Notes: a model not told the origin generated them from the letters alone. 64,000 bases of DNA from Dehalococcoidia bacterium (GCA_965248455.1 OZ252105.1:1754737-1818736), one strand, 5' to 3'. Counted from the first letter of the stretch, positions 32,641 to 41,775 are shown. Made by a program: numbers and translations.

Positions 32641-32868
32641 GACCTGTAGCTCCCTTCTGTCGACGTGCAAGTCCTTCAGCATCGAAGCCAGTGTGCCCGT
32701 AGGAATCTCGCCATGAGGGACGGTAGTCCTGTAGAGCCCAAGCCGTACCTCTCCGTGGCTGCCCTTCCCGCGGCTGGGGGTGTAGTCGAAGTCCATCCTA
32801 TGCGTGCGTGCGTACCGCCGGGCACGCCTGAGAAACTCCCTGTCGTTCACGAATCCATTCCAGCACAT
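32641..32868 (-). CDS. hicA: HicA-family toxin reading frame, no stop codon before hicB
   Basis: MCWNGFVNDREFLRRARRYARTHRMDFDYTPSRGKGSHGEVRLGLYRTTVPHGEIPTGTLASMLKDLHVDRRELQV. It then continues in frame into hicB as one 265-aa ORF (32158..32955 in the track). Confidence 0.65.
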
Positions 32869-33079
32869 ATTTGTGCGATTATCAAGGGCACTCCCCTGGG
32901 GGCACTCCGGAGCAGGCAGGCTTTCCTTTTCCAAGGAGCCATCTCGATTCAGCACGGAGCGCCGCCGCTACCGCCGCGTTCCCTCGGCACGTGGACTGCC
33001 AAGCCTATGCTGGTACAATCAGAAGTACGAACGCGCCAGGGTACCGTTGTTAGCGACAGGCGCGCACCGAGGGCGCAGT

Positions 33080-34240
33080 ATGGCACTTCAAACCGCAGCT
33101 CCCGGCGCCGAGAGGCAAGACTCCCCGCTGCGCTATCAGCGGATCGTCGTCAAGGCGGGGACGAACGTCCTCACGCGCCTCAGCTCCAATCTCGACCGAT
33201 CCGTGATGGCCTCGATTACGAATCAGCTGGCGGACGTTGTCGCGCTGGGCGCGCAGGCCGTCCTCGTTACCTCGGGGGCTATCGCGGCCGGGCGTGAGGC
33301 CGCGCCGCAGATCGCCTCCGGCAAGGGCATCGCCGCAAGCCAGATGCTCGCGGCGATAGGCCAGAGCCGCCTGATGAATGCCTACCAGGAGCTCCTCGGC
33401 GAGCGCGGGCTGATAGCCGCGCAGGCGCTCCTCACCGCGCGTGATATGGACGAACGCGCCCGCTATCTGAACATCCGCAACACGCTTCGCGGCCTGCTCG
33501 ACCGGGGCATCGTACCCATCGTCAACGAGAACGACGTCGTGGACACGGCGGAGATCGACGGCGCGCATTTCGGCGACAACGATACGCTGTCAGCGATCGT
33601 GGCGAACGTCGTCGACGCCGACCTGCTGCTCATCCTGACGGACACGGGCGGGCTGTTCACCGCCGATCCTAAAAGCGACCCCTCCGCCGCGCTGATCCCC
33701 GAGGTAACGCACATCGACGAGTCCGTGATGGCCCTCGCGGGAGAGCATCATGGCACCGGGCGCGGCGGTATGGCCTCCAAGCTGGAGGCCGCACGATACG
33801 CGGCGGCGCTCGGCATCACCGTTGTGTTCGGCCCGGGCAACGCGCCAGATGCGGTGATGCGTGCGGCTCGCGGAGAGCCGATCGGCACGACGTTCCCGCC
33901 GTCAGCGCCGCGCGTCGAGAGCAGGAAGCGCTGGCTGTTGAGCGGCATGACGAAAAACGGCGGCGCGCTGGTGATAGACGACGGAGCGCAGCGCGCACTC
34001 GTCGACGGCGAGCGGAGCCTGCTGCCCGCCGGGGTGCGCACAGTGCGGGGCCGGTTCGTGCGCGGCGATGTCGTGGAGGTTGTGGCTGAGAGCGGCAAGC
34101 GGCTGGCCTATGGGCTGGCGAACTACGATTCGTCGGAGTTGCGCAAGATCGCGGGCGTCCGTTCCGACCGCATCGGCGATCTGCTTGGGCATCATCACGG
34201 CGACGAGGCCATCCACCGGAACAATCTGGTGATGGTTTGA
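33080..34240 (+). CDS. proB: Glutamate 5-kinase (with PUA domain)
   Basis: ORF 32804..34240 trimmed to MALQTAAPG...RIVVKAGTNVLT. Typical ProB core and C-terminal PUA region. Confidence 0.9.
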   Translation: MALQTAAPGAERQDSPLRYQRIVVKAGTNVLTRLSSNLDRSVMASITNQLADVVALGAQAVLVTSGAIAAGREAAPQIASGKGIAASQMLAAIGQSRLMNAYQELLGERGLIAAQALLTARDMDERARYLNIRNTLRGLLDRGIVPIVNENDVVDTAEIDGAHFGDNDTLSAIVANVVDADLLLILTDTGGLFTADPKSDPSAALIPEVTHIDESVMALAGEHHGTGRGGMASKLEAARYAAALGITVVFGPGNAPDAVMRAARGEPIGTTFPPSAPRVESRKRWLLSGMTKNGGALVIDDGAQRALVDGERSLLPAGVRTVRGRFVRGDVVEVVAESGKRLAYGLANYDSSELRKIAGVRSDRIGDLLGHHHGDEAIHRNNLVMV

Positions 34241-34269
34241 ACCTAGGGGCGGTTGAGAGAGAGGAAGCA

Positions 34270-35544
34270 ATGGCGACTATGACAGGGGAACTCATCACCA
34301 AGGCACGGGCGGCGCAGGCGGCTTCACGCGATATCCGCACGGCCTCGACGGACAGGAAGAACGCCGCGCTGGAGGCCATCGCAACCGCGCTCGAATCGAA
34401 CATAGGGCCCATCATCGAGGCGAACACACTCGACATGGACGCCGGGCGTCAGGCAGGGGTCGGCGAAGCGATGCTGGGGCGGCTGCTCCTGAACGAATCG
34501 AGCCTGCAGGGCATGGCCAGCGACGTGCGCTCTATCGCGCAGTTGCCCGATCCTATCGGGGAGCGGTTCGACTCGCGGACGCTGCCGAACGGCATCCGCA
34601 TCGAGCGCCGCCGGGTGCCGCTGGGGGTGATCGGCTGCGTCTACGAGAGCCGCCCCAACGTGACGATCGATATCGCGTCGCTCTGCATCAAGTCCGGCAA
34701 CGCGGTGGTGCTGCGTGGCGGGAAAGAGGCTATCCATTCCAATACGGCGCTGGCCTCGTTGGTGAGGGACGCGCTTGGCGAGGCGGGGATCACGCCGGAG
34801 GCCGTTCAGTTCGTCAGCGACACCGACCGCGCCATCGTCGATCAGATGATCAAGCTGAACGACTACCTCGACCTGTTCATCCCGCGCGGCAGCGAGACGC
34901 TCATCAAGTACGTTCGCGACAACGCTACCGTCCCGGCCATCACCGGAGGCGTCGGCGTGGTGCATGTCTACGTGGATGCCTCCGCCGACGTGGAGAAGGC
35001 GAACGGCATCATCTTCAACGCCAAGACGCAGCGTCCTGACGTCTGCAACGCGTTGGACACGCTGCTGGTCCACTCGGCGGTGGCTCCGGCGCTCCTTCCT
35101 CCGGCGGCGGCGAGGCTCACGTCGGCGGGCGTCGAGTTGCGCTGCGACCAGCGCGCGCTGTCGCTGATCGGGCCAGTGCTGGAGAGCCAGGTGCGCGCCG
35201 CCGACCCCACGGACTTCGGCCAGGAGTTCCTGTCGCTCACGATGTCAGTGAAAGTGGTGGACACGCTGGACAGCGCGGTGGAGCACATCGAGGAGTTCGG
35301 GTCAGGCCATACCGAGGCGATCGTGACGGAGGACTACTCCGCGGCGATGCGGTTCACCGACGAGGTGGACGCGGCGGTGGTGCTGGTGAACGCCAGCACG
35401 CGCTTCAACGACGGCGGGCAGCTGGGCCTCGGCTCCGAGGTGGCGATCAGCACGAACAAGCTCCACGCCCGGGGGCCGATGGGCCTTCGCGAGCTGACCA
35501 GCTACAAGTGGGTGGGGCTTGGGGACGGACAGGTTCGCGCCTAG
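34270..35544 (+). CDS. proA: Gamma-glutamyl phosphate reductase
   Basis: ORF 34237..35544 trimmed to MATMTGELITKARAAQ after GAGAGAGGAAG. Aldehyde dehydrogenase-type catalytic region ...NASTRFNDGGQLG. Confidence 0.9.
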   Translation: MATMTGELITKARAAQAASRDIRTASTDRKNAALEAIATALESNIGPIIEANTLDMDAGRQAGVGEAMLGRLLLNESSLQGMASDVRSIAQLPDPIGERFDSRTLPNGIRIERRRVPLGVIGCVYESRPNVTIDIASLCIKSGNAVVLRGGKEAIHSNTALASLVRDALGEAGITPEAVQFVSDTDRAIVDQMIKLNDYLDLFIPRGSETLIKYVRDNATVPAITGGVGVVHVYVDASADVEKANGIIFNAKTQRPDVCNALDTLLVHSAVAPALLPPAAARLTSAGVELRCDQRALSLIGPVLESQVRAADPTDFGQEFLSLTMSVKVVDTLDSAVEHIEEFGSGHTEAIVTEDYSAAMRFTDEVDAAVVLVNASTRFNDGGQLGLGSEVAISTNKLHARGPMGLRELTSYKWVGLGDGQVRA

Positions 35545-35587
35545 CGAGCCAGTGGACAGGCGGCGGTAAGCAAAGGAGATCTGAAAG

Positions 35588-35899
35588 ATGCTGCGTTTCG
35601 AGCGGGAGTGCCGCACGCCCTACTCCGAGGTGTATACGATCTATGACGACGACCAGCCGCAGGGACGGTTCGACGTTCACTTCTGCGGCACCATCATCCA
35701 CGCCACTCTGTGCGTGTCGGAGCGGTTCACGACGGACGAGATTCACGACCTAATCGAGGATCTGGACGATGACGTGCTGGACGCCATCGGGCTGGTGCGG
35801 GACGACTTCGTCGTGCACGTCCACCAGGGGCGAGAGGTAGGCGTCTTCTCCAACAGCACCTATGCCGAGGAAGACGAACAGCCCACCTCCGAGAACTGA
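35588..35899 (+). CDS. Hypothetical acidic protein (103 aa)
   Basis: AAGGAG RBS 8 nt upstream. Coding-like composition. No recognisable domain. Confidence 0.5.
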   Translation: MLRFERECRTPYSEVYTIYDDDQPQGRFDVHFCGTIIHATLCVSERFTTDEIHDLIEDLDDDVLDAIGLVRDDFVVHVHQGREVGVFSNSTYAEEDEQPTSEN

Positions 35900-35955
35900 C
35901 GGCGGATGCGAAGGGGCGTCCGCGTGCTGCGGACGCCCCCTCATCTCTCTGCGCC

Positions 35956-37284
35956 CTACGCGGCGCTCTTCACGTTGAACTGCAGCGCGGTGTGCGTGGC
36001 GGAGCGCGGGCTGCCGGTGCGCTCCGCGAAAGCGATGCGCATGCTGACGACCATGACGTTCTTGCGCCGCTGGATGTCCCGCTCCGTCTCGATCAGCAGC
36101 TCACGCTTGACGCCCTTGCGCCACTGCGTCCTGTTCACGAGCAGCAACCGCCCTCTGTCCGCGACGTTGCCTGCCGCGGTGACCTTGCCGTCGCTATCCG
36201 CCGGGCTCAGCTGCTCTGACACGATGAGCGGCACGCCCTCTATCGCGCCCAACTGGCCGGTGAGCAACGTCGCGTGCGGACCCAGCTTGTCGACCGTCTG
36301 GAAGCTCTCTACGGCCTGCACCGCGACGTAGGTGCCGATGTCCGTTACGAACGCCAACTCGGAGGGGCGGAGTCCGTACTTGCCCATCTTGCGTCGCAGC
36401 GCGTTGAACATGGACGCGGCGGGCGCGGCGTTGTAGTCGCTCCCCATCGCGGTGTTGTTCGCCAGGGGCTGGTGGATCAGGCCATCGAACCCTATCAGGT
36501 AGTGCGCTTTGCCCGCGGTGGACGGGGCCAACGCCGCACCGTCGTGGTTGATGTTGTTGGTCGTTGTCGTGTCGGCGTTGAGCAGAACGTCGTCGAGCAC
36601 CTGCGCGGCGTTCCGCACGAGGGTCGAGCGCACCTCCGCCATCATAGCGATGACGGCGTCCTCTTCCAGCTCGTAGGCCCATGGCACCATGCCGACCAGT
36701 TCATACGCCTTGAGCGTCTGCTTGGCCGTCGTCAGGTCGGTGGACGCGGCAACCGTATTGGTGGCGCCCGGGTACCAGTTGACGTCGCCCAGCTCGAGCG
36801 GCACGTCGAACGGGTTGGACGGCATGGTGACGGTCTCGAACAGAGAGGCCACGGCAGCCTCGGTATTCACGTCGGCCCACAGCTGGCGCGCCTCCTCCTG
36901 CGGCACGAGTTCGTCTCCCGCCCCGGCAGTCGTCGAATCCATCGCCTTGGCGACGCTCTCGCCCCAGGCACGGAGCATACGCGGGTCGTAGTCCTGCGGA
37001 CGCGCCTGCTGCGCCGCGAACAGGCTCCTGGCGATGGCGAGGTCCACCAGGTCGAATCCGTCCAGCTTGCCGCCGTGCACCCGGACGCGGTCGTTGGTGG
37101 TTCGGCTCAGAACGGCGTCGCGCCGCGAGGAGCGATCACGCTCCAGCGCACGGCGCACCTCTCCCGCGAGCCGCTCCTGCTCCTCACGCATGAGGGCCAA
37201 CTCCTTCGTGATGGGGTTGAGGCGTTCGCGGACGAACTCTTGGGTCTGCACGATCTCACGCTGTATCTCTTCCACTTCTGACAT
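35956..37284 (-). CDS. HK97-family phage major capsid protein
   Basis: 442 aa. N-terminal coiled-coil delta-like region (MSEVEEIQREIVQTQEFVRERL...). C-terminal ...LLLVNRTQWRKGVKRELLIETERDIQRRKNVMVVSMRIAF is typical of HK97-fold capsid proteins. Confidence 0.85.
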   Translation of the reverse strand: MSEVEEIQREIVQTQEFVRERLNPITKELALMREEQERLAGEVRRALERDRSSRRDAVLSRTTNDRVRVHGGKLDGFDLVDLAIARSLFAAQQARPQDYDPRMLRAWGESVAKAMDSTTAGAGDELVPQEEARQLWADVNTEAAVASLFETVTMPSNPFDVPLELGDVNWYPGATNTVAASTDLTTAKQTLKAYELVGMVPWAYELEEDAVIAMMAEVRSTLVRNAAQVLDDVLLNADTTTTNNINHDGAALAPSTAGKAHYLIGFDGLIHQPLANNTAMGSDYNAAPAASMFNALRRKMGKYGLRPSELAFVTDIGTYVAVQAVESFQTVDKLGPHATLLTGQLGAIEGVPLIVSEQLSPADSDGKVTAAGNVADRGRLLLVNRTQWRKGVKRELLIETERDIQRRKNVMVVSMRIAFAERTGSPRSATHTALQFNVKSAA

Positions 37285-37320
37285 CTCTCTCTTCCTCCTT
37301 TGGAATGTTCCCTTTGACGC

Positions 37321-37563
37321 TTAGCCCTGCATCACCGGCGCGGCCTCTATAGCCTGTGCGAGCTCCTCGCCGAACCGGCGCGCGCCCGCCGCGAGCGCGT
37401 CACGCTCCGCTGCGGTCAGGCCATCCGGCGCAGCCTTGCGCACGGCTTTCACCAGCCGCGCGCCGCTCTGCAGCACGTCCACGGCTTCCGGCGCCAGCCG
37501 GTACAGGTCGCTCACGACGCCGGCGGCACGCAATCCCACTCTCACTGCTTCCACGACCCGCAT
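37321..37563 (-). CDS. Hypothetical small protein (80 aa) between protease and capsid
   Basis: AAGGAGGAG RBS. Ala/Arg-rich and helical-looking. Confidence 0.4.
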   Translation of the reverse strand: MRVVEAVRVGLRAAGVVSDLYRLAPEAVDVLQSGARLVKAVRKAAPDGLTAAERDALAAGARRFGEELAQAIEAAPVMQG

Positions 37564-37653
37564 CGCTCTCTCCTCCTTCTTTCTCTTTCCTGTGTTCTGC
37601 TGACGAAAACCGGCGCTCCGGCGCTCCCGTCCTGTGCAGGAGCGGCGAGGCTG

Positions 37654-37757
37654 CCAGGAGTGGCCAGGCGTGGCGAACTTTTAATTTCCGCTCATTTCCG
37701 CTCATTCGCCCGAACCTTCACCCTCTCCCTCGCCTGGATTCCAGCCTCCGCTGGAAT
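37654..37757 (-). repeat. H-B element copy inside the phage head module
   Basis: Hairpin ATTCCAGC-CTCC-GCTGGAAT at 37738-37757. Reverse-complement iterons AATGAGCGGA x2 at 37687-37706. Reverse complement reads AATTAAAAGTTCGCCACGCCTGGCCACTCCTGG. Confidence 0.8.
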
Positions 37758-37773
37758 GACGGGGCAGGGGCTA

Positions 37774-38469
37774 TTACTCCGCTACGATCTGGCGGAGCCT
37801 CCGCAGCTCGGCGATGACCTTCTGCGCCGACGACGGGTCGATGCAGGCCGCCGGGAGGTCGAACGTCAGCACGGACCGCAGCCTCGGCACGTCCAGCCCT
37901 CCATCGAGCGCCCTTGCGAGCGCGTGCGGGTTCGCCGGCACCGGCACGGCGCTCACCTCCAGCAGCTCCTGCCGGGTGTACTCCACGCCCTCTATGGCTC
38001 CGCCCTTGCCTTTGCGGAACGTGAAGGCGTGAGCCCTGAAGCCGACGCTCACCGCGCGCAGAAAGCGCTGCCGGTACAGCGTCTCCACCTCTCTCGCGAA
38101 ACCGGTCGGCGCGAACTCCAGGGTGGCGAGCAGGCGCTTGCCCTCGACCCCAACCCAGGAGCTGCGTCCGATGGGGGTGCGGGTGTAGTCGTGCGCCCAC
38201 AGGAAGACCGGGTTGTGCTTGTATGCATTGAGATCCCAGCCGCTGACCCGCACGATGTCGCCGAGCCTGTCCTCCGATTCGTCCGAGGCCACGACGGTGA
38301 GCGGGCGGGCGTCGTTCGGGAGCGCCGCGCGGCCTATGGCGAACTTCTGCACGAGCGGCGCATCCGCCAGCCCCCGGCGGTACGCATCCAACGATTCGAG
38401 GAGCCGTTCGCGCTCCCAACGCTCACGCTCGTTCACGCCCTCAACTGCTTCGGTAGTGGTCATCTGCAC
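37774..38469 (-). CDS. HK97-family prohead serine protease (S78)
   Basis: 231 aa. NPVFLWAHDYTRTPIGRS...VSVGF...LEVSAVPVPANP. Confidence 0.85.
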   Translation of the reverse strand: MQMTTTEAVEGVNERERWERERLLESLDAYRRGLADAPLVQKFAIGRAALPNDARPLTVVASDESEDRLGDIVRVSGWDLNAYKHNPVFLWAHDYTRTPIGRSSWVGVEGKRLLATLEFAPTGFAREVETLYRQRFLRAVSVGFRAHAFTFRKGKGGAIEGVEYTRQELLEVSAVPVPANPHALARALDGGLDVPRLRSVLTFDLPAACIDPSSAQKVIAELRRLRQIVAE

Positions 38470-38533
38470 GTCCTCTCTTGATGGGGAGACGCCCCGCCGA
38501 GTCCGCTGAGCGGAACCCGGTTCGGTTTGGCGG

Positions 38534-38577
38534 AAGCAAAGAAAGAGCCCCGGCCCTTCTCTCAGGACCGGGGCTCT
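38534..38577 (-). terminator. Rho-independent terminator after the TerL/small-membrane-protein unit
   Basis: A 10-bp stem (AGAGCCCCGG / CCGGGGCTCT) is followed on the minus strand by TTCTTTGCTT. Confidence 0.6.
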
Positions 38578-38695
38578 TCCCCGGGTGTCTTACCCATTGC
38601 GCTTGCTGCGCTATTGATGTTGACGCCAGCATAAGCGCATGCGCGTCATCCACGCAACCGTCATGTGTCGCTATTTTGCCTTCTTCGGTTCGCGC

Positions 38696-38899
38696 CTATG
38701 AATCGCCTGCCGCGCCGGCCCGACCACGCGAGGCGCGCAGCCTCGCGGCCAGCCATACGTACCAGCTGACGCCCCACGCCGCCGCCAGCGCGACGCTCTC
38801 CCACGCCAGCCCCACGTAACTCGCCGCGAGGATCGGCCCCAGCGGAGCCAGCCCAATCGCGACGAACAGAGTTATCAGTTCGATGGTTGCCTTGCTCAT
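38696..38899 (-). CDS. Small membrane protein (67 aa, two predicted TM helices)
   Basis: Hydrophobic stretches ELITLFVAIGLAPLGPILAASYVGL and VALAAAWGVSWYVWLAA. Confidence 0.45.
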   Translation of the reverse strand: MSKATIELITLFVAIGLAPLGPILAASYVGLAWESVALAAAWGVSWYVWLAARLRASRGRAGAAGDS

Positions 38900-38921
38900 A
38901 CCCTGCTCTCCTTCTTCATGT

Positions 38922-40253
38922 TCAAACCCACAGATCCATCGAGCGCGGCTCCAGGAAGGCGAGCGACAGCGCGTCCGCCTTGTCCGGCGAGGGCAGCCCC
39001 CGCTTCCGAAACTCCTGTTTGCTCTTCAGGTGTATCCGTTCGGGTTCCGCTATCACGTACCGGATCGCGAGCAGCTGGCTGATGAGCTCGTCGTCCTTGG
39101 GGATCGCGATGCTGCCTTCCCTGAACCTGCGCTTCAGCTCCCAGAAGAGCTCCGCACGCTTGTTGCCGTACTGCTCCGGGCGGGACGCTTTCACGCCGGC
39201 CTGCACGCCGATGACCGGCATGCCGTCCTTCTTCAGCTGATCCACGACGCCCCCGCCGACGCCGGTCTCGTCGACGAACACCGCCGGTATCCCCAGCCTC
39301 CTCACCTGCTCCTCGATCTCCTCCGCCACCTCGACCGTATCGGCCTTACGCATCTCTATCATGCGTTCCACGCGGTCTCCGCGACGGAGGCACAGCACCG
39401 TCTTATCGTCTCCGTACCGCGCGACATCGACGCCCATGCGCCATGGGTCCTGCCGGCGAGGCTCCTCCCGTTCCCAGCGCTCCACTGCCCGGTCGACGTC
39501 CGACCGCGAGATGAGTGAGTCCTCCAGCGCGTCGGGGAACTGCCCCAGCACCGATGCCACGTAGAGCGCATCCTTATCGCCCCAGTCCCGCAGCCGCTCC
39601 TCCACGTCCTCGGGCGTCACCATCCCCGGCGTTGCGTCGGCCCGGTTCTCGATGAGGTTGGGCGTATCGAACGCAGAGATCGCGATGCGCGTGTAGAGGT
39701 AACTCTTCGAGTGATGCGATTCGAAGAACTCTCCCTCCAGGGTCAGCGGGTTGCCGGTCAACAGCATCCGCGCCGGATTCAGACGCTTGAGCGCGTCCAT
39801 GTGCAGCTGTCCGACCGCATGCGCCTCCGTAACCACCACCAGCAGTTGCGGCGAGTGGAAGCCCTGCAGGTTGTACGGATGATTCGTCGAGAACCCCAGC
39901 GCGAACCGCTCGTCGTTCACGACGTACTTCGAGGCGTACATCTCTCCATGCAACGCCTGGCCAGCCATGGCGTAGGCCACCCGCATCTCCCGCCAGATGA
40001 CATCCTCCACCTGACGCTGCGTGGGCCCGGTTACGATCGCTTTCGACCGCTCCCGCGTCTCGATCCACCACAGCACCGCGCGGGCCGCGGCCCAGTCCTT
40101 CCCCGAGGCGTTGCATCCCACGACCGTCACCCTCCGATCGGCGGCAAGCGCGGACAGCGCTTCCGCCTGCTTGGAATACGGCACGCCGCCTTCCGGTAGA
40201 ACGTGGGTCACGAACCCCACCGGATCGGCAGCGTACTCGCTGAGCGTCTCCAT
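38922..40253 (-). CDS. Phage terminase large subunit
   Basis: ORF 38922..40271. The preferred start is METLSEY after GGAGGAGGAGG. Walker A-like VVGCNASGKD and Walker B LLVVVTEAH. C-terminal RNaseH-like nuclease acidic residues (GVDVARYGDD, VDETGVGGGV, PDKADAL). Confidence 0.8.
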   Translation of the reverse strand: METLSEYAADPVGFVTHVLPEGGVPYSKQAEALSALAADRRVTVVGCNASGKDWAAARAVLWWIETRERSKAIVTGPTQRQVEDVIWREMRVAYAMAGQALHGEMYASKYVVNDERFALGFSTNHPYNLQGFHSPQLLVVVTEAHAVGQLHMDALKRLNPARMLLTGNPLTLEGEFFESHHSKSYLYTRIAISAFDTPNLIENRADATPGMVTPEDVEERLRDWGDKDALYVASVLGQFPDALEDSLISRSDVDRAVERWEREEPRRQDPWRMGVDVARYGDDKTVLCLRRGDRVERMIEMRKADTVEVAEEIEEQVRRLGIPAVFVDETGVGGGVVDQLKKDGMPVIGVQAGVKASRPEQYGNKRAELFWELKRRFREGSIAIPKDDELISQLLAIRYVIAEPERIHLKSKQEFRKRGLPSPDKADALSLAFLEPRSMDLWV

Positions 40254-40295
40254 GCCTCCTCCTCCCAACATCCACCCCCCCTTCTCCTCCGATGC

Positions 40296-40496
40296 CTACG
40301 CCACGCCAGCCTGGCGAACCTGTTGCCGATGGCGCTCCGTGGGGCTGGCGTCGGCGCGTCCCTCCTCGCACCACGTGTGCTTGCAGAATGGGCACATGAG
40401 CACCGCATGGCCCTCCTCAGGAAGCTTGCTGAGCTCCCGCGCGCCCCGCGCTGAGCATCGCGGGCAGCGCACCTGTTCGTGAACGATAGCTGGCAT
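40296..40496 (-). CDS. Small zinc-ribbon protein (66 aa)
   Basis: CPRC...(24 aa)...CPFC. AAGGAGGAGG RBS. Confidence 0.5.
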   Translation of the reverse strand: MPAIVHEQVRCPRCSARGARELSKLPEEGHAVLMCPFCKHTWCEEGRADASPTERHRQQVRQAGVA

Positions 40497-40664
40497 ACAC
40501 CCTCCTCCTTTTCTGTCAGAGACACGACTGGTTCAAATCGTGTCATATCATTGACATAGTGCGGGAGACGCCGCGCAACGCACAAGCGGGTGATGTCGCA
40601 ATTCGGTGGGGGCGGGGCCGGGAGGGGGGCGTGGGGGCTAACCGCTCCGCCTATACGAGCAGAC

Positions 40665-40708
40665 GCAAAAAGAGGACGGCAACCCTGCCGTCCTCTTCTC
40701 TTTCTCTC
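40665..40708. terminator. Bidirectional hairpin terminator downstream of fba
   Basis: A 10-bp stem (AGAGGACGGC / GCCGTCCTCT). It is followed by T5 on the minus strand and by a TCTCTTTCTCTCTT tract on the plus strand. Confidence 0.65.
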
Positions 40709-40734
40709 TTCGTCCGGGGAGCCAGGCGATGCCG

Positions 40735-41775
40735 CTAACCGGCGGCGGCCAACTCCTTCTCCATCGCCGCTGAGTACATGCCCTGCCGCGCCGCGCTGGT
40801 GAGCTTGCAGCGGTGCAGGAACGCCTTCTGCGCAGCCGGAACGTTCGCCACCTCGCCGAGCCATACGCCCAGCGGCAACCCCTGAAGCCCGCGACCGAAC
40901 GAGTAACTGAGCTCCCACGGCGCGTTGAGCTCTGCGCCGCGCCTGGCGATCTCGTGCATGTTCAGCGTCGCCTCGTCGTCCGGCTGCCCGCCGGAGAGGA
41001 AGACGATGCCCGGCACAGCGGCGGGTACGGCGTGGAGGAACGTGTCCACCGTGCGCACAGCGACTTCCGACGCAGGCGCGCGGTCGGCGGCAGTCGAGCC
41101 GGATGTCACCATGTTGGGCTTGAGCAGGATGCCCTCGGGCGCAACACCGTACAGCGCGAGCGTAGCGAAAACCTCCTGCAGCGTCCGCTCTGTGACTTCG
41201 TAGTCAACCTCGATGCTGTGGCTTCCGTCTATCAGCACCTCAGGCTCGACGATGGGAACGAGTCCCGCCTCCTGGCTGAGGGAGGCGTAGCGCGCGAGGC
41301 CGTGGGCGTTCGCGGCGATGCATTTCGCGCTGGGGATACCGTCGCCGATGGTGATGACCGCCCGCCATTTCGCAAAGCGCGCGCCGAGCTGGTAGTACTC
41401 CTCCAGCCGGCTCCGCAGGCCATCCAACCCCTCCGTGACCAACTCGCCGGGGGAACCCGCAAGCGGCATCGCGCCGGTGTCCACCTTGATGCCCGGGATG
41501 ATTCCGCGATCCTGCAGCACGTTCACGAGCGGCGTGCCGTCAGCGGCCTGCTGCTTCAGAGTTTCGTCGTAGAGGATGACGCCGCTGACGTAGTTCTCCG
41601 CACCCTCGGCGCGGAAGAGCATCTCGCGATAGTCGCGCCTGCTCTGCTCGGTGCTCTCGACGCCTATCTGGTCGAATCTGCGCTTGATGGTTCCAGAACT
41701 CTCGTCCGCTGCCAGGATGCCTTTCGCGGGCGCTACGAGCGCTCGCGCGGTCTGCGCCAGTGCGTTGATGTTCAT
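40735..41775 (-). CDS. fba: Fructose-bisphosphate aldolase, class I
   Basis: 346 aa. The N-terminus KGILAADESSGTIKRRF is typical of class I aldolases. Confidence 0.9.
   Translation of the reverse strand: MNINALAQTARALVAPAKGILAADESSGTIKRRFDQIGVESTEQSRRDYREMLFRAEGAENYVSGVILYDETLKQQAADGTPLVNVLQDRGIIPGIKVDTGAMPLAGSPGELVTEGLDGLRSRLEEYYQLGARFAKWRAVITIGDGIPSAKCIAANAHGLARYASLSQEAGLVPIVEPEVLIDGSHSIEVDYEVTERTLQEVFATLALYGVAPEGILLKPNMVTSGSTAADRAPASEVAVRTVDTFLHAVPAAVPGIVFLSGGQPDDEATLNMHEIARRGAELNAPWELSYSFGRGLQGLPLGVWLGEVANVPAAQKAFLHRCKLTSAARQGMYSAAMEKELAAAG

Larger units (their letters stand above)
35956..40496 (-). mobile_element. Degraded prophage/satellite head-morphogenesis module (Zn-ribbon protein, TerL, small membrane protein, prohead protease, small protein, HK97 capsid)
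   Basis: The gene content is diagnostic of a Caudoviricetes head module, all on one strand between proA and fba. No portal, small terminase, connector, tail, integrase or lysis genes are present. Confidence 0.75.

Noticed and set aside
32804-33079. N-terminal 92-codon extension of proB (GTG at 32804)
   Set aside because: The extension overlaps the hicA upstream region, is Arg/Ser-rich and has no similarity to ProB. The conserved kinase core starts just after MALQT at 33080.
37718-38481. 233-aa and 273-aa ORFs overlapping the prohead protease gene
   Set aside because: These are alternative or antisense frames of the protease gene with Arg/Gly/Pro-rich composition. The frame at 37774..38469 carries the recognisable S78 protease motifs.
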